Assembly: GCA_965206595.1 (NCBI GenBank)
Contig: OZ242214.1
Span: forward strand, 5,248,001-5,312,000
Length of the DNA stretch: 64,000 nucleotides
Reading direction: 5' to 3'
Source of the DNA: Candidatus Latescibacterota bacterium
GTDB taxonomy: Bacteria > Latescibacterota > UBA2968 > UBA8231
The translations under genes were made by a program, and so were the position numbers. The notes under the pieces were generated by a model. That model saw nothing but the letters and a program-made list of their open reading frames with translations. It did no database searches and had not been told where the DNA came from. Positions 9,130 through 18,980 of the stretch are shown in pieces. The first letter of the stretch is position 1; every line of letters begins with the position of its first letter.

Positions 9130-10773
9130 ATGCGCGGCGGCGATCTCCTGATCGAGTGCCTGAAAGCACAGGGAGTCGGCTGCATCTTCGGCATGCCGGG
9201 GACGCAGAACATCCAGATTTACGACTCCCTGCTGCGCTGCGGCGGAGACCGGCTCGACCACCTGCTGGTGCGTCACGAGTACTCCGCCTCGGTGATGGCC
9301 GATGGCTACGCCCGCGCCACCGGCGACGTCGGGGTGGCGCTCACCGTGCCCGGCCCCGGCGCCAGCAACGCTTCCACGGGAATCCTCCAAGCCTGCACCG
9401 ACTCCGTTCCGGTGCTGCTGATAACCGGACAGCACGAGTCGAAGCATTATTCCCGCGATCCAAGCAAGCATTTCCACGGCCTCGATCAGCTCTCCTTCTT
9501 CGCTCCGATAACCAAGTACCGCGCCAGCGTCCGCTCCGTCGAGGATATCCCCGTCCACGTCGAGAAGGCGTTCGCCGCCATGCGCGCGCCGCGGCCGGGC
9601 CCGGTACTGCTGGAGTTTCCCCAGGATGTGATCACCGCGGAAGGAAACGCCGCAGTTTCCCCTCGCGTCGAACATCAGGCCGCCCCGGCTCCGGACGAGT
9701 CCCTCATACAGGCGGCAGCCGCCAGGCTGCGCGCGGCGCGGCGTCCGCTGCTGCTGGCCGGCGGGGCCGTCATTGCGAGCGGCGCCCGTGCCGAACTGCG
9801 GCAGCTGGCGGAAAAGATCCATGCCCCGGTCGCTACCACGCGGCGCGGCAAGGGGGCCCTGCCCGAAGATCACGAGCTGGCCCTGTGCGATCTTAACGGC
9901 TACCGCGGCCAGCAGGCCCTGGCCGCGGCCGACTGCACGGTGGCGGTCGGCTGCCGCTTTACCTCGATCGACACCAACAACTGGACCCGCGAGTTCCCGC
10001 GGCCCCTGCTGCAGCTCGACCCCGAGGAGAGCGAGATCGGCCGCGAATACGAGTGCGACATCGGCGTCCCCGGCGATCTGCGGGAGAGCCTGCGGGGACT
10101 GACGGAAACCGCCGGCTCTCCCACCTGCCAGTGGAGCGGCCTGCTCGAGGAATTGCAGGTGCGGTTTGCGGCGCAGCCGGCGCTGCCGTTGCTGCCCGAG
10201 ATACGCGCTGTGCTTCCGGAGGAGGGCATCCTCTCCGTCGACGTGCACGGCATCGGTTACTCGGTCTTCTCCGAGTACGCGATCACCGACCCGAAGACCT
10301 TCATCTACCCCTGCATCGGAGTATCCCTCGGACACGCCTTCCCCGCGGCCCTCGGCGCCAAGGTCGCCCATCCCGAGCGGCCCGTGGTCTGTTTCAGCGG
10401 CGACGGCGGTTTCCTGATGGGAAGCTTCGAGCTGGCCACCGCGGTCCGTTACGGGATCAGCGTGGTAGCGGTGGTCGTCAACGACGGCGCCCTGACGGCG
10501 ATCAAGGGCTCTCAGCAGCGGGACTGCGAGGGCCGCACCATCGACACCGAGCTCACCAACCCGGACTTCGTCGCTTTTGCGCGCTCGTTCGGCGCCCATG
10601 CCGAGCGCGTCGAAGATTTCTCCGGATTTCGCCCCGCCTTCGAAAGGGCGCTGGCAGCGGAGCGCCCGGCGGTGATCGAGGTCCTCATGCAGGACCGCCA
10701 CCAGGAGATCATCAGTTGGATCACCTGGCTGCGGGAGTATCCGTTGAGAGGGCAGGGGTCTTCGCAATGCTGA
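9130..10773 (+). CDS. Thiamine pyrophosphate-dependent enzyme (acetolactate synthase-like family)
   Basis: FGMPG, RHE..A..MADGYAR, GPG..N and the TPP motif GDGGF...VVVND. Confidence 0.9.
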   Translation: MRGGDLLIECLKAQGVGCIFGMPGTQNIQIYDSLLRCGGDRLDHLLVRHEYSASVMADGYARATGDVGVALTVPGPGASNASTGILQACTDSVPVLLITGQHESKHYSRDPSKHFHGLDQLSFFAPITKYRASVRSVEDIPVHVEKAFAAMRAPRPGPVLLEFPQDVITAEGNAAVSPRVEHQAAPAPDESLIQAAAARLRAARRPLLLAGGAVIASGARAELRQLAEKIHAPVATTRRGKGALPEDHELALCDLNGYRGQQALAAADCTVAVGCRFTSIDTNNWTREFPRPLLQLDPEESEIGREYECDIGVPGDLRESLRGLTETAGSPTCQWSGLLEELQVRFAAQPALPLLPEIRAVLPEEGILSVDVHGIGYSVFSEYAITDPKTFIYPCIGVSLGHAFPAALGAKVAHPERPVVCFSGDGGFLMGSFELATAVRYGISVVAVVVNDGALTAIKGSQQRDCEGRTIDTELTNPDFVAFARSFGAHAERVEDFSGFRPAFERALAAERPAVIEVLMQDRHQEIISWITWLREYPLRGQGSSQC

Positions 10774-12449
10774 AGTTGATCTCGTTTTTCCTCGACGACC
10801 CCCAGGGCCGCCGCAACTTTTCGCGCCTGATGCGCCTGTTGTCGGTGTTCGCCGCGCTGGTGGCCCTCTTCAGCGTCCTCTTCCACGTCCTGATGCTGCA
10901 CGAGGGCCGCACCTACAGCTGGTTCACTGGGTTGTACTGGACGCTGACTGTGATGTCGACCCTCGGGTTCGGCGACATCACCTTCCACACCGATCTCGGA
11001 CGCGCCTTCAGCATGGTGGTGCTGCTGAGCGGCACCCTGTTCATGCTGATGCTGCTGCCCATCACCTTCCTGCAGTTTTTCTGGATGCCATGGGTGCAGG
11101 CGCAGACCGCGGCGCGGAGACCGCGGGAGCTCGACTCCGGCATCCGCGACCACGTCGTGCTCACGCAGCACGATCCGGTTTCCATGGCCCTGATCGAGCG
11201 GCTGACCCAGTTCAACTACTCATACGTGCTTATGGAATCGGACGGTGCCGAAGCGATGCGTTTCTCCGACGAGGGCCTGAAAGTCATCGTCGGAAATCTC
11301 GACGATCCCGACTCCTACCGCCGCGCACGCGTCTCGGAAGCGGCGCTCGTGGTCTCCGCCTGCAGCGACGAGGTCAACGCCCAGGTCGCCTCGACGGTGC
11401 GCGGGATTTCCGAAGAGATCCCGATTATCGGCACCGCCGATGCTCCGGCCTCGGTCGACATCCTGCAGCTCGCCGGATGCACTCACGTGCTGCAGCTGGC
11501 CGACATGCTGGGGGAATCGCTGGCGCGGCGCATTACCGCGGGGGATGCGATGGCGCACGTGATCGGCGAGTTCGAGGAGTTGATGATCGCCGAGGCCACG
11601 GTCACTCGCACCCCATTGGTGGGCAAGACCCTGGCGGAGGCGGACCTGCGCCGGAACGTCGGAATCACCGTCGTCGGCGTGTGGGAACGGGGCGAGTTCC
11701 AGCCAGCGCGGCCGGAAGCCCCGATCGCCGAGAACACGGTGCTTGTCCTGGCGGCGAACCGGCAGCAGCTGTACCGCTACGACAGCCTTTTTGCGATCTA
11801 TAACCAGAACCCCGATCCGGTGATCATCATCGGCTCGGGCCGCGTCGGCCGCGCCACGGCGAGGGCCCTGGCCGAGCGCAAGGTCGACTACCGTATCGTC
11901 GAGCGCGACCCCAATGCGGTCGACGTCGATGAAAAAACCGTGGTCGGGTCGGCTGCCGAACTGGAGGTTCTGAAGAAGGCCGGAATCGACAAGGCTCCGG
12001 CGGTGGTGCTGACCACCCGGGATGATGAGACCAACGTCTACCTCGCCATCTACTGCCGGCAGCTGAGGCCGGACATGCAGATAATCGCCAGGGCGAACAT
12101 CGAGCGCAGCGTGCCGACCTTGCACCGGGCCGGAACCGATTTCGTGATGTCCTACCCCTCGATGGGCGCCCGGGAGATCGCCAACCTCCTCAAACGCAGC
12201 AGCACGTTGATGATCGCCGAGGGACTGGAGGTGGTGCGCATCCCGGTGCCGGCAAGTCTTGCGGGCAAGAGCATAGCCGCATCCGAGATCCGCCCGCGCA
12301 CCGGCTGCTCCGTCGTCGCGACCAGCCTCAACGGATCGACCAGCGTAAACCCCGATCCCGGACAGCGGTTGCCTGCAGGTGGAGAGATGATCCTGATCGC
12401 GACCGCCGAAGGGGAGCGCAAATTCCTCAGGGAATTCCGGGGGGCCTGA
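10767..12449 (+). CDS. Potassium channel protein with two TrkA-N/TrkA-C (RCK) modules
   Basis: Two TM helices around the pore signature STLGFGD, GSGRVG Rossmann motif and TrkA-C repeats. Confidence 0.88.
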   Translation: MLKLISFFLDDPQGRRNFSRLMRLLSVFAALVALFSVLFHVLMLHEGRTYSWFTGLYWTLTVMSTLGFGDITFHTDLGRAFSMVVLLSGTLFMLMLLPITFLQFFWMPWVQAQTAARRPRELDSGIRDHVVLTQHDPVSMALIERLTQFNYSYVLMESDGAEAMRFSDEGLKVIVGNLDDPDSYRRARVSEAALVVSACSDEVNAQVASTVRGISEEIPIIGTADAPASVDILQLAGCTHVLQLADMLGESLARRITAGDAMAHVIGEFEELMIAEATVTRTPLVGKTLAEADLRRNVGITVVGVWERGEFQPARPEAPIAENTVLVLAANRQQLYRYDSLFAIYNQNPDPVIIIGSGRVGRATARALAERKVDYRIVERDPNAVDVDEKTVVGSAAELEVLKKAGIDKAPAVVLTTRDDETNVYLAIYCRQLRPDMQIIARANIERSVPTLHRAGTDFVMSYPSMGAREIANLLKRSSTLMIAEGLEVVRIPVPASLAGKSIAASEIRPRTGCSVVATSLNGSTSVNPDPGQRLPAGGEMILIATAEGERKFLREFRGA

Positions 12450-12489
12450 CAGTCAGGCTCGCCGCCGGACGCCCCGCACCCGGGGTCAG

Positions 12490-13539
12490 CTATTCGGCGG
12501 GGACCGCATCCAGCTCGCGCAGCACCGCGCGCGCGATTTCGACCTGGGGCGGATTTAGGTTGTTGCGAACCACCCGCTGCAGGGCGACCCGCCCCCACTC
12601 GTCTCCCTTCCTGGCGAGGTCGACCGCTTCCTCGAAACCACGTTCGGAATAGCTGAAGTCGCGCGGCCGGGTATCGAGGTCGAGCGTTTCCCAGTAGTAA
12701 CGCAGACCTTGGGAGCCGCTCCAGTCCGCGTAGACTTCCTCCCACGTAAGGCCGCTGAGCCGCTGCAGGTGGGGCTGCAGCATGTGTTCGGCGATGAGGT
12801 CCGAAGCCGCCTGGTAGCGGTTGTCGAGCGACACCCGCAGCCGGTCGGCGGTGAGGTTGGGCAGCGCCTTGTGAACCATCAGGGCGTTGAAGACCAGGGT
12901 GTCCCCGATTTCGAAGTCGGTGCTGTACCACTCACCTTCGAGTTCCCCGGGTTCGATTTTCAGGCCCCCGGCGCCGAGTGAGAAGTGGTGGTCGAGGAGG
13001 TGCTCGATCTGGCGCGACCGGGGCAGGATCGCCAGCGGCCCCAGCGCGATCGGACAGTCGCCGACCGGCGCCCAGCAGGTGTAGGTGTCGAAGTTGCCCT
13101 GGAAGTGAACGAAGTCCTGGTGCATGGGGGTGGTGTGGTCGGTGAACTTCGGGAACCAGAGGCGGGCGATCTTCTGGGGATGCGGCAACACCGGCTGACC
13201 GATGATCTTGCCCATCAGCTCGAGAACTTCGGGCCAGTGACCGGAGCGATGGAAGGATTCGAGCTTGTAGACTGCGGAGTACACCTCGGTGTACTCGGGG
13301 TCCCCTTCGGTGCAGGCCCTGGACGGGTCGGCAATGCCGTCGGCAGGGTCGGTACCGGGGACCAGCCAGCCGGCCCCGGCAATCACGGAGAGCATGTCGC
13401 GGCGCAGGGCGAGCAGGCGGTTGGCGTCCTGCAGGCCGCGAAAGAACAGGTAGCCCTCCTCGGCGATACGGCGACGCAGTTCCGGCCCGTCGCCGAGGGC
13501 GTCGTTCGAGACCCTGAATTCCTTCAGTGTTTCATTCAT
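12490..13539 (-). CDS. PhyH-family Fe(II)/2OG dioxygenase
   Basis: HQD, TCWAP.GD, VHKALPN and RVSLDNRY motifs. Confidence 0.88.
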   Translation of the reverse strand: MNETLKEFRVSNDALGDGPELRRRIAEEGYLFFRGLQDANRLLALRRDMLSVIAGAGWLVPGTDPADGIADPSRACTEGDPEYTEVYSAVYKLESFHRSGHWPEVLELMGKIIGQPVLPHPQKIARLWFPKFTDHTTPMHQDFVHFQGNFDTYTCWAPVGDCPIALGPLAILPRSRQIEHLLDHHFSLGAGGLKIEPGELEGEWYSTDFEIGDTLVFNALMVHKALPNLTADRLRVSLDNRYQAASDLIAEHMLQPHLQRLSGLTWEEVYADWSGSQGLRYYWETLDLDTRPRDFSYSERGFEEAVDLARKGDEWGRVALQRVVRNNLNPPQVEIARAVLRELDAVPAE

Positions 13540-15416
13540 CTGACTTCACCTTCTGCCGGTCGGCGAACGCACCGCTCCCCTCCTGGCGCGATCAGGGCCG
13601 GTCCCCAGGGAAAGGCGAACGTCGGCGGGTGCGCGTAGCGACGCTGCCGGAGGCGCAACCGCCCGCCGCATCCGGGCGCCAGGCGTACGACGAAGGCGGA
13701 CCTTCGCTGCGAATCGAATCCCCCCTGCAGCTCGAAAGTCTTGCCGTTCAGGGAAACGAGCTCGCTGTGGTGCTCGGCGTAGGCGCCTCCCTGGACGACG
13801 ACGGTGCGCTCGTGCACCGGGCTGAGATTGGCCAGCGACACGTCGACGTTCTCCGCGTCCATGCGCTCCACGAGGGCGCCGACGTCCCGCGGCAACCCGG
13901 CGCGCCGGCGGTCGGCGTCGAAGTAGCGCAGGCGGCAGTGCAGAGAGTGGCCGTCCCGTCCCGTCGGCAGACCGCCGAGCATGAGGCGGGTCAGGTTCTC
14001 GGTGACCGCCGGATTCAGGCCGTTCATGTCGTCCGAAAGGCGGGTGTCTGGGGTGGTCCTGTCGGCGCGCATCTCCGCCACCCGGCGGCGCAGCAGCTCG
14101 AGGTCGGATTCGAGCGCTTTTTCGGGAAACGAACCGCCTCCTCCGCGCACGAACGCCACCCAGTCGTCGCCGACGCGTTCGGCATCCTGCGCGTCCTGCG
14201 ACCAGAACCAGGTCTGCAGGGCGCCTGCGTCGAAAGGTGTCGGCTGATGGGCGTACCAACCCTCGTCACCGTGCATGCGCGGGTACATGGTGCGGCCATC
14301 GATCTCGGCGGCGTTGTCGTTGACGCGGTCGATGACCCCTCTCCAGAGATCGACGTACGATTGCTTCCCCGTCATCAGCAGGGCGTTGGCGAACCCGTAG
14401 AAGGCGCGGCTGTAGGCGCAGCAGCGGTGCGCCGGCTCCCCGGTCTGCGGGACGGTGACGGTGAATCCCCAGCCGTAGCAGCCGCCCCACCACCTGCCGC
14501 CGCACTCGCCGCCGATACTGCCGTCGAGACCGATGTTGCTCGGAATGATGCCGTCGTTTTCGTCGGTGCGTTCGACCCAGGCGTCGACGTACTCCAGCAG
14601 CCAGTCGCGGTAGCGCTCGCCGTCTCCGAGAGCGAAGGCGGTCAGGGCGAGTTGGGTCGCCCCGAGGTTGTTCGGGTGGTCGCCGGCGACGTCGGTGTAC
14701 TCCTCGAAATGCGCCAGCATTTCCGCGTAGCTGCGCTCGTTGTGCAGGAGCCCAAAACGCCCCTCCACCTCGATCGGGTCACCTGCCCAGTCGAGGGCCG
14801 TGGCCTTGCGCGGCATCGGCCCCCGGCTGCCGTTCATGAGCGAGCGGATCAGGCGGTGCCGCGGGTCGTAGTTGGGAGCCTGCGGGTCCTCGTCCATGTA
14901 GAAGCCGGCGAAGCGCCTGGCGCGCTGCAGGTAGCGCCGGTCGTACGGGTCGCTCAGTCCGTAATGGAAGAAGGCGCTGAACCCCTCGCCGTGGTGGAAC
15001 CAGTCGAGGCTGACGGGAAACTCCCTGTAGTACATACCGTCCCTTGCGAACGGCACCTCGACGGTTTTGGCTTCGGTGTACTGGCGCAGGTGGCCCTCGA
15101 AGCCGCGGCGGAACAGGTCGAGGATGTCGTCCTCCGCGCCAAGGGCGTGCAGCACGGTCCAGTTCAGCTGGTTTTCCGCGGCGTCGTCGGGGCCGTCGTC
15201 TCCCCCCCAGCGCGGTACGCACAGCAGGTAGCCCCGCTCGTCGAAGTAGCGCTCGTAGAACTCGCGGCAGGCCTCGGCCTGGGCGTCGAGAAGCTGGCGC
15301 TGGAGCAGCGCCCACCGCGGCGGGTGCATCGGCGTGTCGAGTGTCAGGTTCGGCGCATGCGGTTCGTGTCCGCCTGGGGAACAACCATGGTTTTTCATAT
15401 CGGAAAGGGTACGCAT
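13536..15416 (-). CDS. Large hypothetical protein, W/Y/D-rich, probably an enzyme; start may lie further downstream
   Basis: Long ORF with typical codon usage and motifs RWGGDDGPDDAAEN, DWFHHGEG and WWGGCYGWGF. ATGA coupling to the downstream PhyH gene. Confidence 0.75.
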   Translation of the reverse strand: MRTLSDMKNHGCSPGGHEPHAPNLTLDTPMHPPRWALLQRQLLDAQAEACREFYERYFDERGYLLCVPRWGGDDGPDDAAENQLNWTVLHALGAEDDILDLFRRGFEGHLRQYTEAKTVEVPFARDGMYYREFPVSLDWFHHGEGFSAFFHYGLSDPYDRRYLQRARRFAGFYMDEDPQAPNYDPRHRLIRSLMNGSRGPMPRKATALDWAGDPIEVEGRFGLLHNERSYAEMLAHFEEYTDVAGDHPNNLGATQLALTAFALGDGERYRDWLLEYVDAWVERTDENDGIIPSNIGLDGSIGGECGGRWWGGCYGWGFTVTVPQTGEPAHRCCAYSRAFYGFANALLMTGKQSYVDLWRGVIDRVNDNAAEIDGRTMYPRMHGDEGWYAHQPTPFDAGALQTWFWSQDAQDAERVGDDWVAFVRGGGGSFPEKALESDLELLRRRVAEMRADRTTPDTRLSDDMNGLNPAVTENLTRLMLGGLPTGRDGHSLHCRLRYFDADRRRAGLPRDVGALVERMDAENVDVSLANLSPVHERTVVVQGGAYAEHHSELVSLNGKTFELQGGFDSQRRSAFVVRLAPGCGGRLRLRQRRYAHPPTFAFPWGPALIAPGGERCVRRPAEGEVR

Positions 15417-15524
15417 AGGGCCGCGACTTGAGTAGCCGTACCCCAGCGGTCACAGCACCCGGTCAGGTCAGGCGCACCTCCCGGCTTTTCCAGGTTCCAG
15501 CCAATGCGGATCTTCGGTTGCGAG

Positions 15525-17066
15525 ATGCTCTTTGCCGAGATAGTCCGAACCTCCCGGTCCGTAGGAGGCAGCCGCGCGCGGCTGCAGAAAATCGCCCGTG
15601 TCGCCGAGTGCATGCGGGGCCTCGGCCCGGCAGAGCGCGAGGCCGGCGTCGCTTTCCTTACCGGCGAGCTGCGCCAGGGCCGCATCGGGCTCGGGTACGC
15701 CGCCGTCGCCGATTCCATGCCGGGAAGCGCCGCGCCGTCGCCGAGGCTGGCGGTCGCCGCCGTCGACCTCGCATTTGCGGAGATCGCTTCGATGGGCGGC
15801 CCCGGTTCGGCCAAGGCAAAACTTCAGAGACTGGGCCAGCTGCTGTCCCAAGCGACGGTGGAGGAGCAGGAGTTCCTGGCGCGTCTGGTGTTCGGGGAGC
15901 TGCGACAGGGGGCGCAGGAGGGGATCGTCGTCGAGGCGGTCGCCAGGGCGGCGAGCCTCCCCGCGGCATCGGTCCGGCGAGCGGTGATGCTGTCGGGAGA
16001 CCTGCGCCAGGTCGCCGTCGCCGCCCTCACCGGAGGGGAGGGAACCCTCGCCCAATTCCGCCTGCAGCTGCTATCGCCCGTCCAGCCGATGCTGGCCCAG
16101 ACCGCCCAGGACCTGGAAGAAGTGTTCGCCCGCCATGAGCGCGTCGGCCTCGAATACAAGCTCGACGGTGCGCGCGTGCAGGTGCACCGGCTAGGCGACG
16201 ACGTCCGCGTGTTCACGCGCAAGCTGAACGACGTCACCGCCGCGGTTCCCGAAGTCGTCGAAGCGGTGCGAGCGCTCCCGGGTACGCGCCTGATTCTCGA
16301 CGGCGAAGCGATCGTCCTGACCGGCCAGGGCCGGCCGGCCCCGTTTCAAATCACGATGCGCCGCTTCGGACGCCGGCTCAAGGTCGAAGAGATGAAAGCC
16401 GAACTGCCGCTTTCCTCGTTTTTCTTCGACTGCCTGCACCTCGACGGCCAAGACCTCATCGATCTCCCGGGCCGGGAACGCGCCCAGGCGATGAGCGGCC
16501 TGGTGCCGGAGGCCGGACGGGTACCTGTCCTCGTCACCGCGTCGCCCGGGGACGCCCGCCGGTTCATCGACGGCGCCCTGCAGGCCGGGCACGAAGGGGT
16601 GATGGCCAAGGATCCGGAGGCACCCTACGAAGCCGGACGCCGCGGGGCCGGCTGGATGAAGCTGAAACCGTCGCACACCCTCGACCTGGTGGTCCTGGCC
16701 GTCGAGTGGGGCAGCGGCAGACGCCGCGGCTGGCTTTCAAACCTCCACCTCGGGGCCCGCGACGAGGCCGGAGGATTCGCCATGCTCGGCAAGACGTTCA
16801 AGGGAATGACCGACGAGATGCTGCGCTGGCAGACCGCAAAGCTGCAGGAGCTGAAGGTGGCCGAAGAGGGTCACGTCGTGCACGTGCGGCCCGAGCTCGT
16901 GGTCGAAGTCGCGTTCGACGGAGTGCAGGCGAGCCCCCAGTATTCCGAGGGGATGGCGCTCCGCTTCGCCCGCATCAAGCGGTACCGTCCAGACAAACGT
17001 GCCGCCCAGGCCGACACGGTCGCCGCGGTGCGTGAGATCTTCTCCAAATGGCGGGAAAGCGGTTAA
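15525..17066 (+). CDS. ATP-dependent DNA ligase
   Basis: Motif I EYKLDGARVQVH, plus ILDGE, FDCL, EGVMAK, WMKLK and LRFAR. N-terminal DNA-binding domain present. Confidence 0.95.
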   Translation: MLFAEIVRTSRSVGGSRARLQKIARVAECMRGLGPAEREAGVAFLTGELRQGRIGLGYAAVADSMPGSAAPSPRLAVAAVDLAFAEIASMGGPGSAKAKLQRLGQLLSQATVEEQEFLARLVFGELRQGAQEGIVVEAVARAASLPAASVRRAVMLSGDLRQVAVAALTGGEGTLAQFRLQLLSPVQPMLAQTAQDLEEVFARHERVGLEYKLDGARVQVHRLGDDVRVFTRKLNDVTAAVPEVVEAVRALPGTRLILDGEAIVLTGQGRPAPFQITMRRFGRRLKVEEMKAELPLSSFFFDCLHLDGQDLIDLPGRERAQAMSGLVPEAGRVPVLVTASPGDARRFIDGALQAGHEGVMAKDPEAPYEAGRRGAGWMKLKPSHTLDLVVLAVEWGSGRRRGWLSNLHLGARDEAGGFAMLGKTFKGMTDEMLRWQTAKLQELKVAEEGHVVHVRPELVVEVAFDGVQASPQYSEGMALRFARIKRYRPDKRAAQADTVAAVREIFSKWRESG

Positions 17067-17123
17067 ACGCCCGCTTTGGCCAAGCTGTCTCAATGGGGAC
17101 ACCCGTTTCAGGAGGGTAAATCC

Positions 17124-17534
17124 ATGGGAATGAAAAGGATCGCAACCCTGATCGCCGCGCTGATGCTCATTGTCGCGGTGACGAGCTACGCGCAGCGGTT
17201 CGGCGGCGGTGGCGGACGCGGACGTGCAGGTGGCGGCGGCATGCTGCCGCTCGAGAGCGACTGGGCCCTGATCAGCTTCGAGCTCGACGTCTCTCCAGTC
17301 ACCCTCGGCAAGCTGCGAACGGTGTACCAAAAGGCCTGGGATCAACGTAGCGACCTGTTCGCCCGCATGGGCAACCAGGAGGTCGATCGCGCCCGGTTCC
17401 CGGAGCTTATGGGGAATATCCAGTCCGAACTCGACGGCGCCCGCAACGAGACACTGTCGAAAGCACAGGTCGCCCGTCTCGTCGAGCTGCGCTCGAGGCG
17501 CCGTGACATCGGCGGAGGATTCGGCCGGCGGTAG
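17124..17534 (+). CDS. Hypothetical secreted helical protein
   Basis: RBS GGAGG, signal peptide MKRIATLIAALMLIVAVTSYA, Gly-rich linker and helical body. Confidence 0.7.
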   Translation: MGMKRIATLIAALMLIVAVTSYAQRFGGGGGRGRAGGGGMLPLESDWALISFELDVSPVTLGKLRTVYQKAWDQRSDLFARMGNQEVDRARFPELMGNIQSELDGARNETLSKAQVARLVELRSRRRDIGGGFGRR

Positions 17535-17621
17535 ACGCCTAGACGTGAATCCCATTCCTTACCCCGAAGAGAGGTTCCCAGACGAACCCGGTTACGGCCC
17601 GCAAACGAAAGCGAACGAGAA

Positions 17622-18356
17622 ATGAACGACGAACAACGCTTCCAGTTCGACCTCGAGGGGTTTCTCATCATCAGAAACGCGCTGTCGCCGGAGGAGGTAG
17701 CCGAGATAAACCGCGTCGCCGACGAGAGGTATCCCTACGGCGAGCCGGAGGAAAAGGGGGAGTGGTCGGTGTTGCCGTGGGGCGAGCCGGTGAAACGGCT
17801 GATCGATCACCCGAAGATCCTGCCTCACCTCGTGGAGCTGCTCGGGGACCGCGTCCGTCTGGACCACGACTACGCGCTCTTCATGGATGAAGGGGAAGAA
17901 CGTGGGGGACTTCACGGCGGAACCGGTTATACCCACTGGTATCGCTACCGCAACGGCAGGATGTCGAACGGGCTGACCGTGGTCACATGGTTCCTGACCC
18001 CGGCCCCGTCGGGGGCCGGCGGCTTCGCCTGCGTGCCCGGGAGCCACAAAAGCAACTTCGATGCGGCGGACATCCCGGAAGAGGTGCGTTCCTATCAACG
18101 CCCGGTGGAGTACGTCGTCCAGCCAGCCGCCGAAGCGGGGGACGCCCTGATTTTCACCGAGGCGGTGATTCACGGCACCATGCCCTGGCGCTCCTCGACG
18201 GAGCGACGGACGCTGCTGTTCAAATACAGCCCGGGCCACTCGTCCTGGGCCAGGGACTGGTACGGCGGTTGCGACGTCGGCGAGCTCACGGCGCAGCAGC
18301 AGCGGCTGCTCGCGCCCCCCTCCGCGCAGGCTCACGAACCGGTGATTCAGCCGTAG
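17622..18356 (+). CDS. PhyH-family Fe(II)/2OG enzyme with HxG instead of HxD/E
   Basis: GFLII.NALS, LHGG, VPGSHK, GDALIF.E..IHGT and RRT motifs. Confidence 0.85.
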   Translation: MNDEQRFQFDLEGFLIIRNALSPEEVAEINRVADERYPYGEPEEKGEWSVLPWGEPVKRLIDHPKILPHLVELLGDRVRLDHDYALFMDEGEERGGLHGGTGYTHWYRYRNGRMSNGLTVVTWFLTPAPSGAGGFACVPGSHKSNFDAADIPEEVRSYQRPVEYVVQPAAEAGDALIFTEAVIHGTMPWRSSTERRTLLFKYSPGHSSWARDWYGGCDVGELTAQQQRLLAPPSAQAHEPVIQP

Positions 18357-18390
18357 GACTGCAGGTCTCGATATCGGCCTTTTTCCATTG

Positions 18391-18411
18391 CCCCCCGTTT
18401 TGCAAGGGGGG
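18391..18411. terminator. Possible hairpin terminator between convergent genes
   Basis: cccccc-gttttgcaa-gggggg stem-loop between the stops at 18356 (+) and 18426 (-). No clear U-tract. Confidence 0.3.
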
Positions 18412-18425
18412 AGGGTGAAAAGCGG

Positions 18426-18719
18426 TTATTCCTTCTCCCCCGCTTTCGTTTCGGCTTTCGCCTTGCCCCGGCGGCAGTTACCGCCTTCCCGCTCGCGGAG
18501 TCCGCCTCCGTCGCCCTTCGTCCAATCCCCTATCTCGGAACGGTGCTCCTCCCTCAGGGCGCGCAACTGCTCCTTCTGGCTGTCCGTCAGCTCGAGAGCT
18601 GCCAAGCCACCGCGTTTCCCCTTTTCGTGTCAGAAGCGGCCGCCTGCATCGGCGTCATCGGGACCTGTCATGCCGAGAAGGACGAGCCCGAGAAGGGCGG
18701 TCAGAAATAAACGGGTCAT
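18426..18719 (-). pseudogene. Spy/CpxP-like (LTxxQ) periplasmic protein with an in-frame TGA at codon 30
   Basis: RBS AGGAGG, then MTRLFLTALLGLVLLGMTGPDDADAGGRF*HEKGKRGGLAALELTDSQKEQLRALREEHR. TGA at 18630-18632. Confidence 0.6.
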
Positions 18720-18980
18720 CGATTCATTCCTCCTGAGTGGTGAAGCGTGCAGCCGGTCTTCGTCATCCTCTCCCCTTGATCGTCTGTCAGCTTCTTGGAC
18801 AGCGGCTTTGCGGAGGGCGTTTTATCGCGCCGGAAACCTCAGGACACCCTTCCATTTGCCCACATGGAGAAATCGGATGTACGCTCCGCTCTTCTATGGA
18901 TCCCGCGGTTCGAGCCCGACTTGTGACCTCGGAACGCGATCCGTTGTCCGTCCACCGTTTACCGGGAGACCTCAGAAGAA

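Noticed and set aside
6964-10767. 1267-aa minus-strand ORF and other long antisense ORFs (e.g. 21..1457, 46128..49013, 50284..52509)
   Set aside because: These are shadow ORFs opposite well-supported genes, expected at high GC, and have no recognisable motifs.
15525-17066. NHEJ or prophage ligase system
   Set aside because: No Ku, no polymerase or nuclease domain and no phage genes are adjacent.
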